Shown: positions 54,719 to 64,000 of the stretch, in pieces
How positions within the stretch are numbered: the first letter of the stretch is position 1
How the letters are laid out: every line of letters starts with the position of its first letter
Source of the DNA: Myxococcota bacterium
GTDB taxonomy: Bacteria; Myxococcota_A; UBA796; UBA2385
Assembly: GCA_044344255.1 (NCBI GenBank)
Contig: JBIJDH010000011.1
Coordinates: forward strand, 1-64,000
Direction of reading: 5' to 3'
Length of the DNA: 64,000 nucleotides
Program-made: the position numbers and the translations under genes
Notes under the pieces: model-generated
The model's database searches: none
The model's input: only the letters and a program-made list of their open reading frames with translations
Told to the model about the DNA's origin: nothing

Positions 54719-57622
54719 ATGGCTGACATCCTCCGCGGTCCAAGCTGGGCCACCCTCCCCTCGGACCCCGCCCTCCCGCCCCATGCGCCGCTCACCCGGC
54801 GCCTGACCGCCGCCTTCGAGCAGGGCCGCCTCACCGGAGCGGCCGATCTGCCCGCGGTCTCTGGCCTCTCCCCGCTCGTCTTCGCACGCTGGCTCTATCG
54901 GGGATGGCTGGAGTCGCAGCCTCGTTGGCGAGCCTTTGTCCACATTGACCCCGCGCGGCTCGACGCCCCCCGTTCGGGTCGCTCCGGGATCGCGACCGAA
55001 CAACGCGCCGCGGCGCTCTCCGACAGCTTCGAGCAGGCGGCCGGCGGCTGGCTCCTGCTCGACCTCGGCTGGGAGAGCCTCGACGATCGGGCCGCCCTCG
55101 CCGCCCGGGCGCAAGGGCTGGGCATCCGCCTCCTCCTGGCGACGCCGGGCCCCCCGGAGCCAATCCCCGCCGAGCTCTCCCGTCGAATCAGCCGGCTGGA
55201 CCCGCTCCACCTCATCGCGACCGACCCCTCCCTCACCCTGGTGCGGCGCAGCCTGCTCGGCCACTGCCGGGCGGCGGGGGTGGTCCACCTCCACGGGCCG
55301 GTGGGGACGGGCAAACGTTCGCTCTGCCGCTGGGCCCACGCCACCCAGGACGATCGCCCGCTGCACCGGGTCCAGGCCGGTCAGAGCGCGCCCCCCGCGG
55401 GCGCCCCCCTGGTCACCGGCTGGCTGGTCTTCGAGGAGGTCACCGCGATCGCGCCGCCCCAGCTCGCCCCGCTGCGGGAGCGCCTCGCCGGAGCCGTCGA
55501 TCCCTGGCCCGCCTCCGCCCCCCGTGGGCTCGGCGCCGAGCCCTCCAGCCGTCCAAATGATGACGCTTTTCAGTACATCATCGGAGACAGCCCGGCGCTG
55601 CGGCGGGTGCTGCACAAGGCGGCCCGCTACGCGCCGAGCGCCCTCCCCCTGCTGGTCCGCGGGCCCACGGGCTCCGGCAAGGAGCTCCTCGCCCGCGCGG
55701 TGCACCACGCCAGCGGCCGACGCGGCAAGCTGGTCTCCGTCGACCTCAACGCCGTCACCGAGGGCCTCCTCGAGTCTGCCCTCTTCGGCCACGTCAAGGG
55801 CGCCTTCACCGGGGCCGACCGCGAGCGCGCGGGCGCCCTCCGCGACGCTCGGGGGGGCACGCTCTTCCTCGATGAGCTCGGCAACCTCAGCCTCGGGGTG
55901 CAGGCCAAGCTGCTGCGGGTGCTGGAGACCCGCATGGTCCAGCCCGTGGGCTCCGATCAGGTCTTCCCCGTCGATGTCCGGGTGGTCGCCGCCACCAACG
56001 CCGACCTCGAGGGGATGGTGGCCCGCGGCGAATTCCGGGAAGACCTGCTCTTTCGCTTCAACCCGGCGGCCACGCTCTGGCTCCCGCCCCTCTCCGAGCG
56101 GCCCGAAGACCTCCCAGCGCTGGCCCGCCGCTTCGTGGCCGAGACGCTCGGCGTAGACGAGGGGCCCGAGCTCCACCCCGACGCCGTCGGCTGCCTGATG
56201 GATCACGGTTGGCCCGGCAACATTCGAGAGCTCCGCCACGTGATGGAGGCCGCGGCGATCGAGTCGGGCGGTCAGACGATCCGCCAGGAGCACCTGGGCG
56301 ACCTCGGGCAGCGCGGCGCGCCCTCCCCCCTGCTCGTGACCAGCAGCCACCAGGACCTCAGCGCCACCCCCGCCGGCCTCCCCCGCGACCTCTGGCAGCA
56401 GATCTGCGCCGTCACGATGACGCTCCCCGCCGTCGCGGAGCGGAGCTCGATCGCCGTGCGCAGCGCCATCCTCGGCCAGCTCGGCGGCCGGCCGATCCGA
56501 GCGGAGGCCCTCGCCTCCTTGGAGAACCGCCCCTGGTGGGGCAACTACTCCGAGCTCTCCCGCGCCATGGAGGCCGTCCGCGGCAACATCGAGGGCGTCA
56601 TCGACAGCGCCGCCCTCCAGCGGAGCCTCCCCCACCTCCTCCAGGGGGAGGGCCGCGCCCCCATCCACCTGCTGATGTTCCCCATCCTGAGCGCGAACGG
56701 GGAGGTGGCGGGCCTCCGGCAGGTCTTCCACGAGGGGGCCGTGCTGATCGGTCGAGTCGGCAGCCTGGGCGAGGTGATCGGGGGTCCCGGGGGCGGCGAC
56801 AGCCGCTTGGAACGAAGGCGCGAGACCCTCCGGCGCCTGCTGGGCCCCATCCAGCCGGGCTTCCTCCGCCTCGACCACGTCATCGAGGTCAGCCGGGCCC
56901 ACCTCCTCCTGCTCCGGGACGGGCCGGGGACGGTGGTTCACCTCATGCCCGACGTCGGCCTCCAGGTCTGGGCGGGCCCCATCGAGGGCGCCTCCCGCCC
57001 CGACGGGCAGTGGCCGCTCCACCTCGTCACCGCCGACGAGCCCGTCGACATCGGGCCCGCAGGGGAGATCCAGATCCGGCTCGCCGGGGCGGAGGGCTTC
57101 CTGGTGCGCCTCTTCGTCACCGCTGGCGCGGTGGCCCTCGAGGAGTATCGGAGCGCCCTCCGCGCGCGCCTCTCGCCCGCCCACGCCACCCAGGTCGGGG
57201 CGCGGCCCGCCGTCGCGTCTCCGCCCGCCGGTCAGTCCGCACCGCCCGCCCCGCCCGCCGCGCCCCTGCCCTCCGCCCCCGACGGGGGGCCGCCCGCCAA
57301 CCGCGTCTGGGTGCTGGACGCCGCCGAGCGCGCGGCGATGAACGAGATCATCCTCCACGGGGCGCAGCGAGGCGGCTCCTTCTCCAGCCACCTCCACGTC
57401 GAGGGCCGGCGACTGCTCTTCGAACCCAAGCTCCGCCGCCTCGGGCAGTACCTCGACAGCCGCCACCCCACCCAGTCCGCCTCCCGCCTCTACCTCCACG
57501 AGCCGAACGAGCCCCTCCGCGTCGAGCTGGCCGAGCGCCTGGAGGCGGCCGCAGAGGGGCCGGAGCTGTGGGAGCGCCTGCCGAAGAACATCCGCGGCGC
57601 GCTCCCCGGCGGTCCGGCGTGA
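54719..57622 (+). CDS. Sigma-54 interaction (AAA+) domain protein with atypical flanking domains
   Basis: GPTGSGKE, ESALFGHVKGAFTGA, LFLDELG, RVVAATN, FREDL, WPGNIREL; extra N-terminal P-loop GPVGTGKR. Confidence 0.88.
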   Translation: MADILRGPSWATLPSDPALPPHAPLTRRLTAAFEQGRLTGAADLPAVSGLSPLVFARWLYRGWLESQPRWRAFVHIDPARLDAPRSGRSGIATEQRAAALSDSFEQAAGGWLLLDLGWESLDDRAALAARAQGLGIRLLLATPGPPEPIPAELSRRISRLDPLHLIATDPSLTLVRRSLLGHCRAAGVVHLHGPVGTGKRSLCRWAHATQDDRPLHRVQAGQSAPPAGAPLVTGWLVFEEVTAIAPPQLAPLRERLAGAVDPWPASAPRGLGAEPSSRPNDDAFQYIIGDSPALRRVLHKAARYAPSALPLLVRGPTGSGKELLARAVHHASGRRGKLVSVDLNAVTEGLLESALFGHVKGAFTGADRERAGALRDARGGTLFLDELGNLSLGVQAKLLRVLETRMVQPVGSDQVFPVDVRVVAATNADLEGMVARGEFREDLLFRFNPAATLWLPPLSERPEDLPALARRFVAETLGVDEGPELHPDAVGCLMDHGWPGNIRELRHVMEAAAIESGGQTIRQEHLGDLGQRGAPSPLLVTSSHQDLSATPAGLPRDLWQQICAVTMTLPAVAERSSIAVRSAILGQLGGRPIRAEALASLENRPWWGNYSELSRAMEAVRGNIEGVIDSAALQRSLPHLLQGEGRAPIHLLMFPILSANGEVAGLRQVFHEGAVLIGRVGSLGEVIGGPGGGDSRLERRRETLRRLLGPIQPGFLRLDHVIEVSRAHLLLLRDGPGTVVHLMPDVGLQVWAGPIEGASRPDGQWPLHLVTADEPVDIGPAGEIQIRLAGAEGFLVRLFVTAGAVALEEYRSALRARLSPAHATQVGARPAVASPPAGQSAPPAPPAAPLPSAPDGGPPANRVWVLDAAERAAMNEIILHGAQRGGSFSSHLHVEGRRLLFEPKLRRLGQYLDSRHPTQSASRLYLHEPNEPLRVELAERLEAAAEGPELWERLPKNIRGALPGGPA

Positions 57623-59376
57623 CCCAGACACGCGGCCGTCCGCTCCGCCTCGTGCTGGGGGGTGGGCTGGCGCTCAGCCTGCTCTGCCTGGGCCTCTTCG
57701 GCTGGCTCGGCGCGCAGATCCACCCCGAGCCCGCCGCCGCCGGGCTCCGCCACCGCCCGGCGCCCGCGGGGGCCCGCTCCCTCGGCGCGACCCCCTCCGG
57801 GCCGAGCGAGCCCGGCTGCCTCGTGCAGGTGACCGTGACCGGAGAGCAGGGGCCCCTGGCCGAGGCCGAGCTCCGCGTCGGCGAACACCCGAGCGCCCTC
57901 GGCGAGCCCCTCAGCACGGACGCGTCCGGGCGGGCCTCGAGCGTCGTCCCCTGTGGCCCCGTCCACCTCGCGGCCGAGGCCGACGGCTACGCGCCCGCCC
58001 GCGACCTCATCATCGTCGACGTGGGCGAAGCCCAGGAGATCGTCATCGCGCTCCGTCGCGGGCGCCTCGTGGTCGGCACGGTCTCAGACCCTGCGGGGCG
58101 CCCGATCGCCACCGCCTCCGTCCTCTCCGGCGCCTCCTCCACCGAGACCGAGGCCGACGGTGCCTACAGCATCGTCGTGCCTTATGACCCCTCCGCCCTC
58201 TCGGTGAGCGCCCTCGGCTACGATGAAGCGGTGGTCGAGCTGGCTGCCCTGCCCACCGATAGCACGGAGCCCACCACCGTCGATGTGACGCTCGAGCCCA
58301 ACCACGACGTCGCCGTCTGGTGCCTCGGCATGCCGGGCGACATCTGCCCCGACATGCCGCTCTTCTGCACCTCGCCCTGGCTCTTGATGGGAGAGGAGTG
58401 CAACCGTCGCGAGCGCTGGCCGCTGGAGCCCATCACCCTCTGCCCCTGCCCCGACGGCGAGGTGGCGGTGCGCGGCGGCGGCGCGTCGGTGTTGGTGCCC
58501 GCCGACGAACACGAGGCCTGGCTCGACCTCGAGGACGCCGGGAGCGTGTCGGGGCGGGTCGTCTCCAAGACCTCGGCGCTCAGCCGCTGCAGCGTCGAGC
58601 TCATCCGCATCCCCGAGGCCCTCGAAGACCTCCCCCGCGGCGTGCTGGTGGCCCAGCGGGTGGACTGCGCCGAAGACGGCGCCTTCCGAGCGGAGGGCGT
58701 CGTCGCGGGAGACTGGGAGCTGCACGTCGAGGGCAGCCTCCTGCCGTCGGGTGAGCGAAAGGAGCGCACCCTGCCCCCGCTGCGGGTGGGCCCCGGCGCC
58801 GACGTCGACGTGGGCACCGTAACGCTCGAGGGCGGCGGCTCCGTCGCCGGGCTGCTCGTGGACGGCCTCACCGGCCAGCCCCTCCCCTACCAGCCGGTGG
58901 TCGGGGTGCGCTGGAGCGCAGGCGCAGAGCGCAGCGCGGTGCTCGGCGGGCAGAGCGACGAGGCGGGCCAGTTCCGAATCGAGGGCATGCCCCCGGGGAC
59001 ATGGTCCCTCTCCCACATCCTCGCCCCCCAAGACGCCATCGAGGTGGAGGTGCGGGAGGGTGAGCTCACCGACGGCCTCCGCCTCGAGACCAGCGACGCC
59101 ACCGCCCTCGACGTCAACGGCTTCGCGCTCTCCGAAGAGGAGGGCCAGCTCGTCGTCGCCGACGTCGAAGAGGGGAGCCCGGCCGACCTCGCGGGGCTCG
59201 AGGCGGGGGAGGTGGTGGTGGGGGTCCGCCTCGCCGGCCTCGACCTCGGCAGCAGCTTCGGGGGGAAGGGCGCCCTGATCAACCGCTTCGTCCTTGGCCA
59301 CTGGGATGGGCCCGGCGTCACCCTCGTGGTCCAAGGGGAGGACGGCGAGGAGGAGCTCGTGCCGCTCGACTGGTGA
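57619..59376 (+). CDS. Membrane-anchored carboxypeptidase-regulatory-like repeat protein with C-terminal PDZ
   Basis: GTGA overlap; N-terminal TM; TDASGR/GTVSDPAGRPI/SDEAGQFRIEGMPPGTW beta-sandwich repeats; VEEGSPADLAGL PDZ motif. Confidence 0.8.
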   Translation: MTQTRGRPLRLVLGGGLALSLLCLGLFGWLGAQIHPEPAAAGLRHRPAPAGARSLGATPSGPSEPGCLVQVTVTGEQGPLAEAELRVGEHPSALGEPLSTDASGRASSVVPCGPVHLAAEADGYAPARDLIIVDVGEAQEIVIALRRGRLVVGTVSDPAGRPIATASVLSGASSTETEADGAYSIVVPYDPSALSVSALGYDEAVVELAALPTDSTEPTTVDVTLEPNHDVAVWCLGMPGDICPDMPLFCTSPWLLMGEECNRRERWPLEPITLCPCPDGEVAVRGGGASVLVPADEHEAWLDLEDAGSVSGRVVSKTSALSRCSVELIRIPEALEDLPRGVLVAQRVDCAEDGAFRAEGVVAGDWELHVEGSLLPSGERKERTLPPLRVGPGADVDVGTVTLEGGGSVAGLLVDGLTGQPLPYQPVVGVRWSAGAERSAVLGGQSDEAGQFRIEGMPPGTWSLSHILAPQDAIEVEVREGELTDGLRLETSDATALDVNGFALSEEEGQLVVADVEEGSPADLAGLEAGEVVVGVRLAGLDLGSSFGGKGALINRFVLGHWDGPGVTLVVQGEDGEEELVPLDW

Positions 59377-59385
59377 GGCCCCCCC

Positions 59386-61089
59386 TCAGGTGAGCAGCGC
59401 GGCGAGCGCGGGCGGCAGGGGCTCTCCGAGCGCGGCCGCCAGCGCCGCCACCCGGGCCGCCTCCCGGCGGAGGGCGCGCTGATGATTACGGCCCGCGACG
59501 AGGGCCTCGAGGCCGAGGGCGGCGAAGGCCTCCTCCCGGCTGCCGGCGCGGCGCACGGCCTCGAGCAGCACCAGGGCCTTGAAGGCGTCGGCGGTGTGCC
59601 AGTCGTGCAGGCTGGGGTGGGTCTTCATCGCGTCCAGGAGGGCGTTCGCGGCCCCCGTCAGCCGCTCGAGCGTCCCCCGCTCCATGCGCTCGGGAGCCTC
59701 CACGGCGCGCGTCCGGGGCGCGGTCAGCTGCATCGACCGGATGAGCCCGCCCTCGGCCAGCAGGGCCGCGCGGTCGAGGGCGTTGCCCAGCTCGCGGATG
59801 TTGCCGGGCCAGTCGTGCTCCACGAGCTGGGTCAGGGCCGCCTCGCTCAGCCGCAGCGGCGGCAGGCCGTAGCGGGAGCGGGTCTGCTCCAAGAAGTGGC
59901 TCGCGAGCAGGGGGATGTCCTCGCGGCGCTCGCGCAGCGCCGGCAGGTGGGCGACGAAGACGGCGAGGCGGTAGTAGAGGTCCTCGCGCAGCTTCCCCTC
60001 ACGGATGGCGTCCGTGGGATCGCGCCCCATCGCGGCCACCACGCGCACGTCGACGCGCACGGGCTGGCTCTCGCCGAGCCGCGTGACCTGCTTCTCCTGC
60101 AGCGCCACCAGCAGCTTGACCTGGCAGGAGAGCGGCATGCTGTCGAGCTCATCGAGGAAGATGGTGCCGCCCTGGGCGGCCTCGAACTTCCCCTCGCGGT
60201 CGGCGGTGGCCCCGGTGAAGGTGCCCTTCTTGTGGCCGAAGAGCTCACTCTCCAGGAGCGCCTCGGGGATGGCGCCGCAGTTGAGGTGGACGAAGGGCCG
60301 GCCCGCGCGCGGGGAGCCGAGGTGGAGCTGCCGGGCGACGAGGCTCTTGCCGGTGCCCGTCTCGCCGGTGATCAGCACCGGCACGTCGAAGCGCACGATG
60401 CGCGCCAGCTCGGCGAGCTGCGCCTTCATGGCCCCCGAGCGGGTGACGACCCCGGGGAGCACGGTCTCCTCCACGCCGGCCCGGGCCACCGTGCCCGCGA
60501 GGACGGGGAGCCAGGTGGCGGCGGCGGCGACGGCAGCGTCGTCAAAGAGGCCGTTACTGCTTCGGTTATCGAGGTAGACGAAGCCGATCGCCGCTCCATC
60601 GGCGAGGAGCGGCAGGGCGGCCACGCTGCGCAGCTTCAGCGCCCCGACCGAGGCGGCGCCGCCGTACTCCTGCCCGGCGTCGTGGGTGACCACGGGCGTG
60701 CCCGAGGCCAGCGCCTCGCGGATGATCTGGGTGGAGACGTGGGCGGCCGGGTCGTCGATGTCGGCCTGGCGGAGGCTGCGCGCGGCGAGGAAGCGCCAGC
60801 CAGCCGGCTGCACGAGGCCCACGAAGCCGCGCTCGGCGCCGACCACCGCGATGATGCCGTCCAGCATCTGCTCGGCGACCGGCTCGAGCCCGCGGGCCAT
60901 CGTCACGCCCACCGTCCGCTCGAGCATGAGGCGATAGCGCGCCACGTCGCCCGACATCGCGAGGTGCTCGGCGCCGAGCTGGCCGGCCTCCATGCGGAGC
61001 TTCGCCAGGAGCTGGCGGGCGGTCTCAATCTCGCCGCGGCGCAGCGCGCCTTCGGCCTCTCGTATGCGCGGGAGGAGCTCGGTGGTCAT
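59386..61089 (-). CDS. GAF-domain sigma-54-dependent transcriptional activator
   Basis: GAF (AERGF...RSVAALPL...GFVYLDN...LFD), GETGTGKS, ESELFGH, GTFTGA, FLDELD, REDLYYRL, WPGNIREL. Confidence 0.92.
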   Translation of the reverse strand: MTTELLPRIREAEGALRRGEIETARQLLAKLRMEAGQLGAEHLAMSGDVARYRLMLERTVGVTMARGLEPVAEQMLDGIIAVVGAERGFVGLVQPAGWRFLAARSLRQADIDDPAAHVSTQIIREALASGTPVVTHDAGQEYGGAASVGALKLRSVAALPLLADGAAIGFVYLDNRSSNGLFDDAAVAAAATWLPVLAGTVARAGVEETVLPGVVTRSGAMKAQLAELARIVRFDVPVLITGETGTGKSLVARQLHLGSPRAGRPFVHLNCGAIPEALLESELFGHKKGTFTGATADREGKFEAAQGGTIFLDELDSMPLSCQVKLLVALQEKQVTRLGESQPVRVDVRVVAAMGRDPTDAIREGKLREDLYYRLAVFVAHLPALRERREDIPLLASHFLEQTRSRYGLPPLRLSEAALTQLVEHDWPGNIRELGNALDRAALLAEGGLIRSMQLTAPRTRAVEAPERMERGTLERLTGAANALLDAMKTHPSLHDWHTADAFKALVLLEAVRRAGSREEAFAALGLEALVAGRNHQRALRREAARVAALAAALGEPLPPALAALLT

Positions 61090-61113
61090 CCCCCCCGAGT
61101 AACCGACGGGCCC

Positions 61114-64000
61114 CTATCGGTCGGCCAGGGCCCGCTGGACCGCCGACCTCGCCCCATCGAGATTGAGCCCCTCCTCGCTCGCGGGCGGGATGCGCAGCGA
61201 GGGGGCGATGGACTCGGCCTCGGCCAGCGCGGCCACCGCTTCGTCGAGGGCCCCCTGGGCGACGGCGACCCCGACGCGGGCGATCAGGATGGAGAGCAGG
61301 TAGGGGCGAGCGCCGTTGGCGCGCGCTCGAGGCTCCGCCTCATCCAAGTATCCGCGGGCGCGCTCGAGCTCGCCGAGCTCGCGATGGACGACCGCGAGGC
61401 CAACGAGGCACGCCTCCTCGGCGTTGCCGATGCCGAGCGTCCGTTGGGTGTGGAGGGCGGAGTCGAGGCAGGTCAGCGCCTCACCCAAGCGGCCGAGCTG
61501 GAAGTGCAGCCGCCCGAGGTTGATGAGGTTGCTCACCTCGCTGAGGGGGAGGCCGAGGCGGCGTTGGAGGGCCAGCGCGGCCTCAAAGCAGCGCCGGGCC
61601 TCGTCCAGCCGCCCCTGGCGTCGGTGGACGACGCCCAGGTTCCCGAGCACGACCGCCCGGACCCGCTGGTTGCCGTCGGGCGGCAGCTCACGGAGCACCT
61701 GCTCGAAGCGCTCGCGGGCCTCGTCCAACCTCCACTCCGAGGAGTAGACGTTGCCGATGCTCCCGATGAGGGCGCTCGCTTGGGACAGTTCTCCGGCGTC
61801 TCGGGCCAGGACGAGGCCGCGCTCCAGCGCCCCCCGCGCCGCGTCAAAGCGGCCCTGCGTGGTCCACAGCCTCCCCAGCTCGTGGAGCACGCGCGCCTCG
61901 AAGCGGAGGTCTGGCGCGGAGGCTCGCTGGGCGAGCGCCAAGGCCACTTGATAGGCCGCCTCGGCGACCGCCGCCGAGCCACCCCCGAGGCGCTCGGCGT
62001 GACCCGCCATGAGGGAGACGGCGGCGCGCGCTCGGTCGTGGAGAGGAGGACCAGCGCGCAGCTCGGCGGCGAGCTTCACCACGGGCTCGGCCGGGCCGAT
62101 GTTCATCAGCAGGGCCCAGAGCGCCTCGAGGGTCGCGACCGCCACATCGCCGCGCCCCGCCGCGCCCGCCCGCCGACAGGCCCCCTGCAGGTTGTCCCGC
62201 TCGCGGGCCAGCGCCCGGCGCCGCTCCAGGCCATCTGGGCCCTCGAGGGCCTCGATCTCCCCATCGGCGCCGAAACGCGCGAAGAACAGCCCGTGCCGAT
62301 GCTCGACTTCGGCGCGGTCGCCCTGCGCATCCAGCTTCTCGCTCGCGTACTCCTGCACGGCGGCCAGCAGGTCGAAGCGGTCGTGGGAGGCCAGTCGGAG
62401 GAGGGAGCGATCGACCAGCGCCTGGACGAGATCGGGGGCCCAGGCCTCGCCCGCCTCGAGGACCGCCTCGGCCGCCTCCAGGGTGAAGCCACCGGCAAAC
62501 ACGCTGAGCTGGGCGAGGGCGGCGCGCTCCTCCGGGCGTAAGAGGTCCCAGCTCCAGTCGAGCATGGCCCGCAGCGTGCCGTGGCGGCGGCTGCGACCGA
62601 CCGGGGCGCTCAGCAGCTTGAAGCGCTCGTTCAGCCGGGCGAGGAGCTGGCTGGGCGTCATCAGGCGACACCGGGAGGCGGCCAGCTCGATGGCCAGGGG
62701 CAGCCCGTCGAGGCGGCGCACCAGCGCCTCGAGCGTGGCGGGCTCCGCCGTCACCGAGGGGTGGACCGCCCGGGCGCGCTCGAGGAAGAGCGCCACGGCC
62801 GCGGGGTCGTCCAGCGGATCAAGCGCCAGCACCTGCTCTCCCGGGAGGCCGAGGCGCTCCCGGCTGGTCACCAGGAAGCGCACACCGGCCGCGCGGTCCA
62901 GCCAGCGCCCCACCGTGGCCGGCGCCACGGCGACCACCTGCTCGAAATTGTCCAAGATCAACAGGCAGCGCCCCCGCTCGGCGAGGGCGTGGCCGATCTG
63001 GGAGGCCGGGTCTGCCTGCAGCGGGAGGTCGAGCGCGGCGCCCACCGCGTGGAGCACACCCTCCTGGCTGCGGGCCTCGGAGAGGTCGCAGAACCAGACA
63101 CCCCCCGGCCACTCCCGCAGCCGGCTGCGCGCGTAGTGGAGGGCGAGGCGCGTCTTGCCCGTGCCGCCGATGCCCAGCAGGCTCACAAGGCGGCCCTCCA
63201 AGAGGCGCTCGTGCAGGGCCGCGAGGTCTGCGCCGCGCCCCACGAAGGTGTCGCGCTCGCTCGGCAGGCGGTGCGGGCCCACCTCGACGGCTCCGAGGTC
63301 GAGGGTCGGATCCGACCGGGCCGGTCGCGCTAGCGGGATCGTCGCCGCCAACGGGGCGGGAGGCGCAGGCGGCCGCGGCGAGGCGCCGCCCGGGGGCCCC
63401 CGCCAGCGCGCCGCCAGGGCCGCGACGCTCGCCGGGCGGACGCTGGGGTTGGGGTCGAGCGCGTCGTGGATCGTGTCCACCCAGTGGAGGGGCAGGTCGG
63501 GCACCACGGCGTCGATCGGCGTGTAACTGGCGTTACACGCGCGCTGATAGAGCTGGAACCAGGGCACCCCCACCGGAAAGGCGCGCTCCCCCGCCAGCAG
63601 CTCGTAGAGGATGGCCCCGAGCGCGAAGACGTCCGCCCGGGCGTCAACGCTGGCCACGTCGAGGTAGGCCTCGGGGGCCATATACCCGGGCGACCCGAGG
63701 CCGATCCCGGCCTGGGTCACCGCCCCTCGCGCCGCCGGGTCATTGGCCCGGGCGAGGCCAAAGTCGGCGATCTTGGGGCAGCCATCGGCGGTGAGGAGGA
63801 TGTTGCTGGGCTTGAGGTCGCGGTGCACCAGCCCGAGCGCATGCGCGGCGACCGCCCCCTCCAGCACCCCCTCGATGAGCTGCAGCGCCTCGCTTCGCCC
63901 CAGCGGGCCCCGCTCCAGCCGCTCCATCAGGGTCTCGCCGTCGATCTGGTCCATCACCAGGGCGACGCCGTCTGGGAGCTCGACGAGGTCGGTCACCCGC
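61114..64000 (-). CDS. Ser/Thr kinase-STAND (NB-ARC-like) ATPase-TPR protein; 5' end lies outside the window
   Basis: HRDLKPSN, DFGLA, YMAPE; FVGR, GIGGTGKTR, LLILDNFE, LVTSRE, GLPLAIELAA; TPR repeats. The kinase N-lobe is missing at the window edge. Confidence 0.92.
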   Translation of the reverse strand, partial: RVTDLVELPDGVALVMDQIDGETLMERLERGPLGRSEALQLIEGVLEGAVAAHALGLVHRDLKPSNILLTADGCPKIADFGLARANDPAARGAVTQAGIGLGSPGYMAPEAYLDVASVDARADVFALGAILYELLAGERAFPVGVPWFQLYQRACNASYTPIDAVVPDLPLHWVDTIHDALDPNPSVRPASVAALAARWRGPPGGASPRPPAPPAPLAATIPLARPARSDPTLDLGAVEVGPHRLPSERDTFVGRGADLAALHERLLEGRLVSLLGIGGTGKTRLALHYARSRLREWPGGVWFCDLSEARSQEGVLHAVGAALDLPLQADPASQIGHALAERGRCLLILDNFEQVVAVAPATVGRWLDRAAGVRFLVTSRERLGLPGEQVLALDPLDDPAAVALFLERARAVHPSVTAEPATLEALVRRLDGLPLAIELAASRCRLMTPSQLLARLNERFKLLSAPVGRSRRHGTLRAMLDWSWDLLRPEERAALAQLSVFAGGFTLEAAEAVLEAGEAWAPDLVQALVDRSLLRLASHDRFDLLAAVQEYASEKLDAQGDRAEVEHRHGLFFARFGADGEIEALEGPDGLERRRALARERDNLQGACRRAGAAGRGDVAVATLEALWALLMNIGPAEPVVKLAAELRAGPPLHDRARAAVSLMAGHAERLGGGSAAVAEAAYQVALALAQRASAPDLRFEARVLHELGRLWTTQGRFDAARGALERGLVLARDAGELSQASALIGSIGNVYSSEWRLDEARERFEQVLRELPPDGNQRVRAVVLGNLGVVHRRQGRLDEARRCFEAALALQRRLGLPLSEVSNLINLGRLHFQLGRLGEALTCLDSALHTQRTLGIGNAEEACLVGLAVVHRELGELERARGYLDEAEPRARANGARPYLLSILIARVGVAVAQGALDEAVAALAEAESIAPSLRIPPASEEGLNLDGARSAVQRALADR

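Noticed and set aside
1..64000. tRNA, rRNA, IS elements, integrases, prophage genes
   Set aside because: No such motifs were recognised by eye; tRNAscan, Infernal and ISEScan would be needed to exclude them formally.

Overview
A very GC-rich (estimated by eye at roughly 70-75%), gene-dense bacterial window with about 42 credible protein genes. The gene content suggests a myxobacterium-like (Myxococcota/deltaproteobacterial) genome: an AgmX/PglI-type domain, Ser/Thr kinase-ATPase-TPR proteins, sigma-54 activators, MopE-repeat lipoproteins and FHA regulators. I found no rRNA, tRNA, CRISPR array, transposase or integrase. Housekeeping genes include topB, gltA-sucC-sucD, pal-cpoB, two flotillins with an NfeD-like partner, S9 and M14 peptidases, and a xanthine-oxidase-family molybdoenzyme pair. 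The best candidate for an undescribed system is 6034-11559. It is a compact operon, vWA > Zn-ribbon pseudokinase > vWA > divergent adenylosuccinate-synthetase-like ligase, with two of its three junctions overlapping. The ligase keeps its catalytic Asp and His but has lost the aspartate-binding loop. A third vWA paralog with an inserted YfaP/DUF2135-like domain is transcribed divergently. All three vWAs begin with the same MG[YH]xx[YW]S peptide. Other notable points: an apparent CTG start for topB, a eukaryotic-type citrate synthase, an orphan methyltransferase coupled to a TPM/TIM44 operon, a molybdoenzyme lacking its 2Fe-2S subunit gene, a lipoprotein with a long Gly/Gln tail, and frequent short tandem duplications. 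All family calls come from motif recognition by eye; no database search was run.
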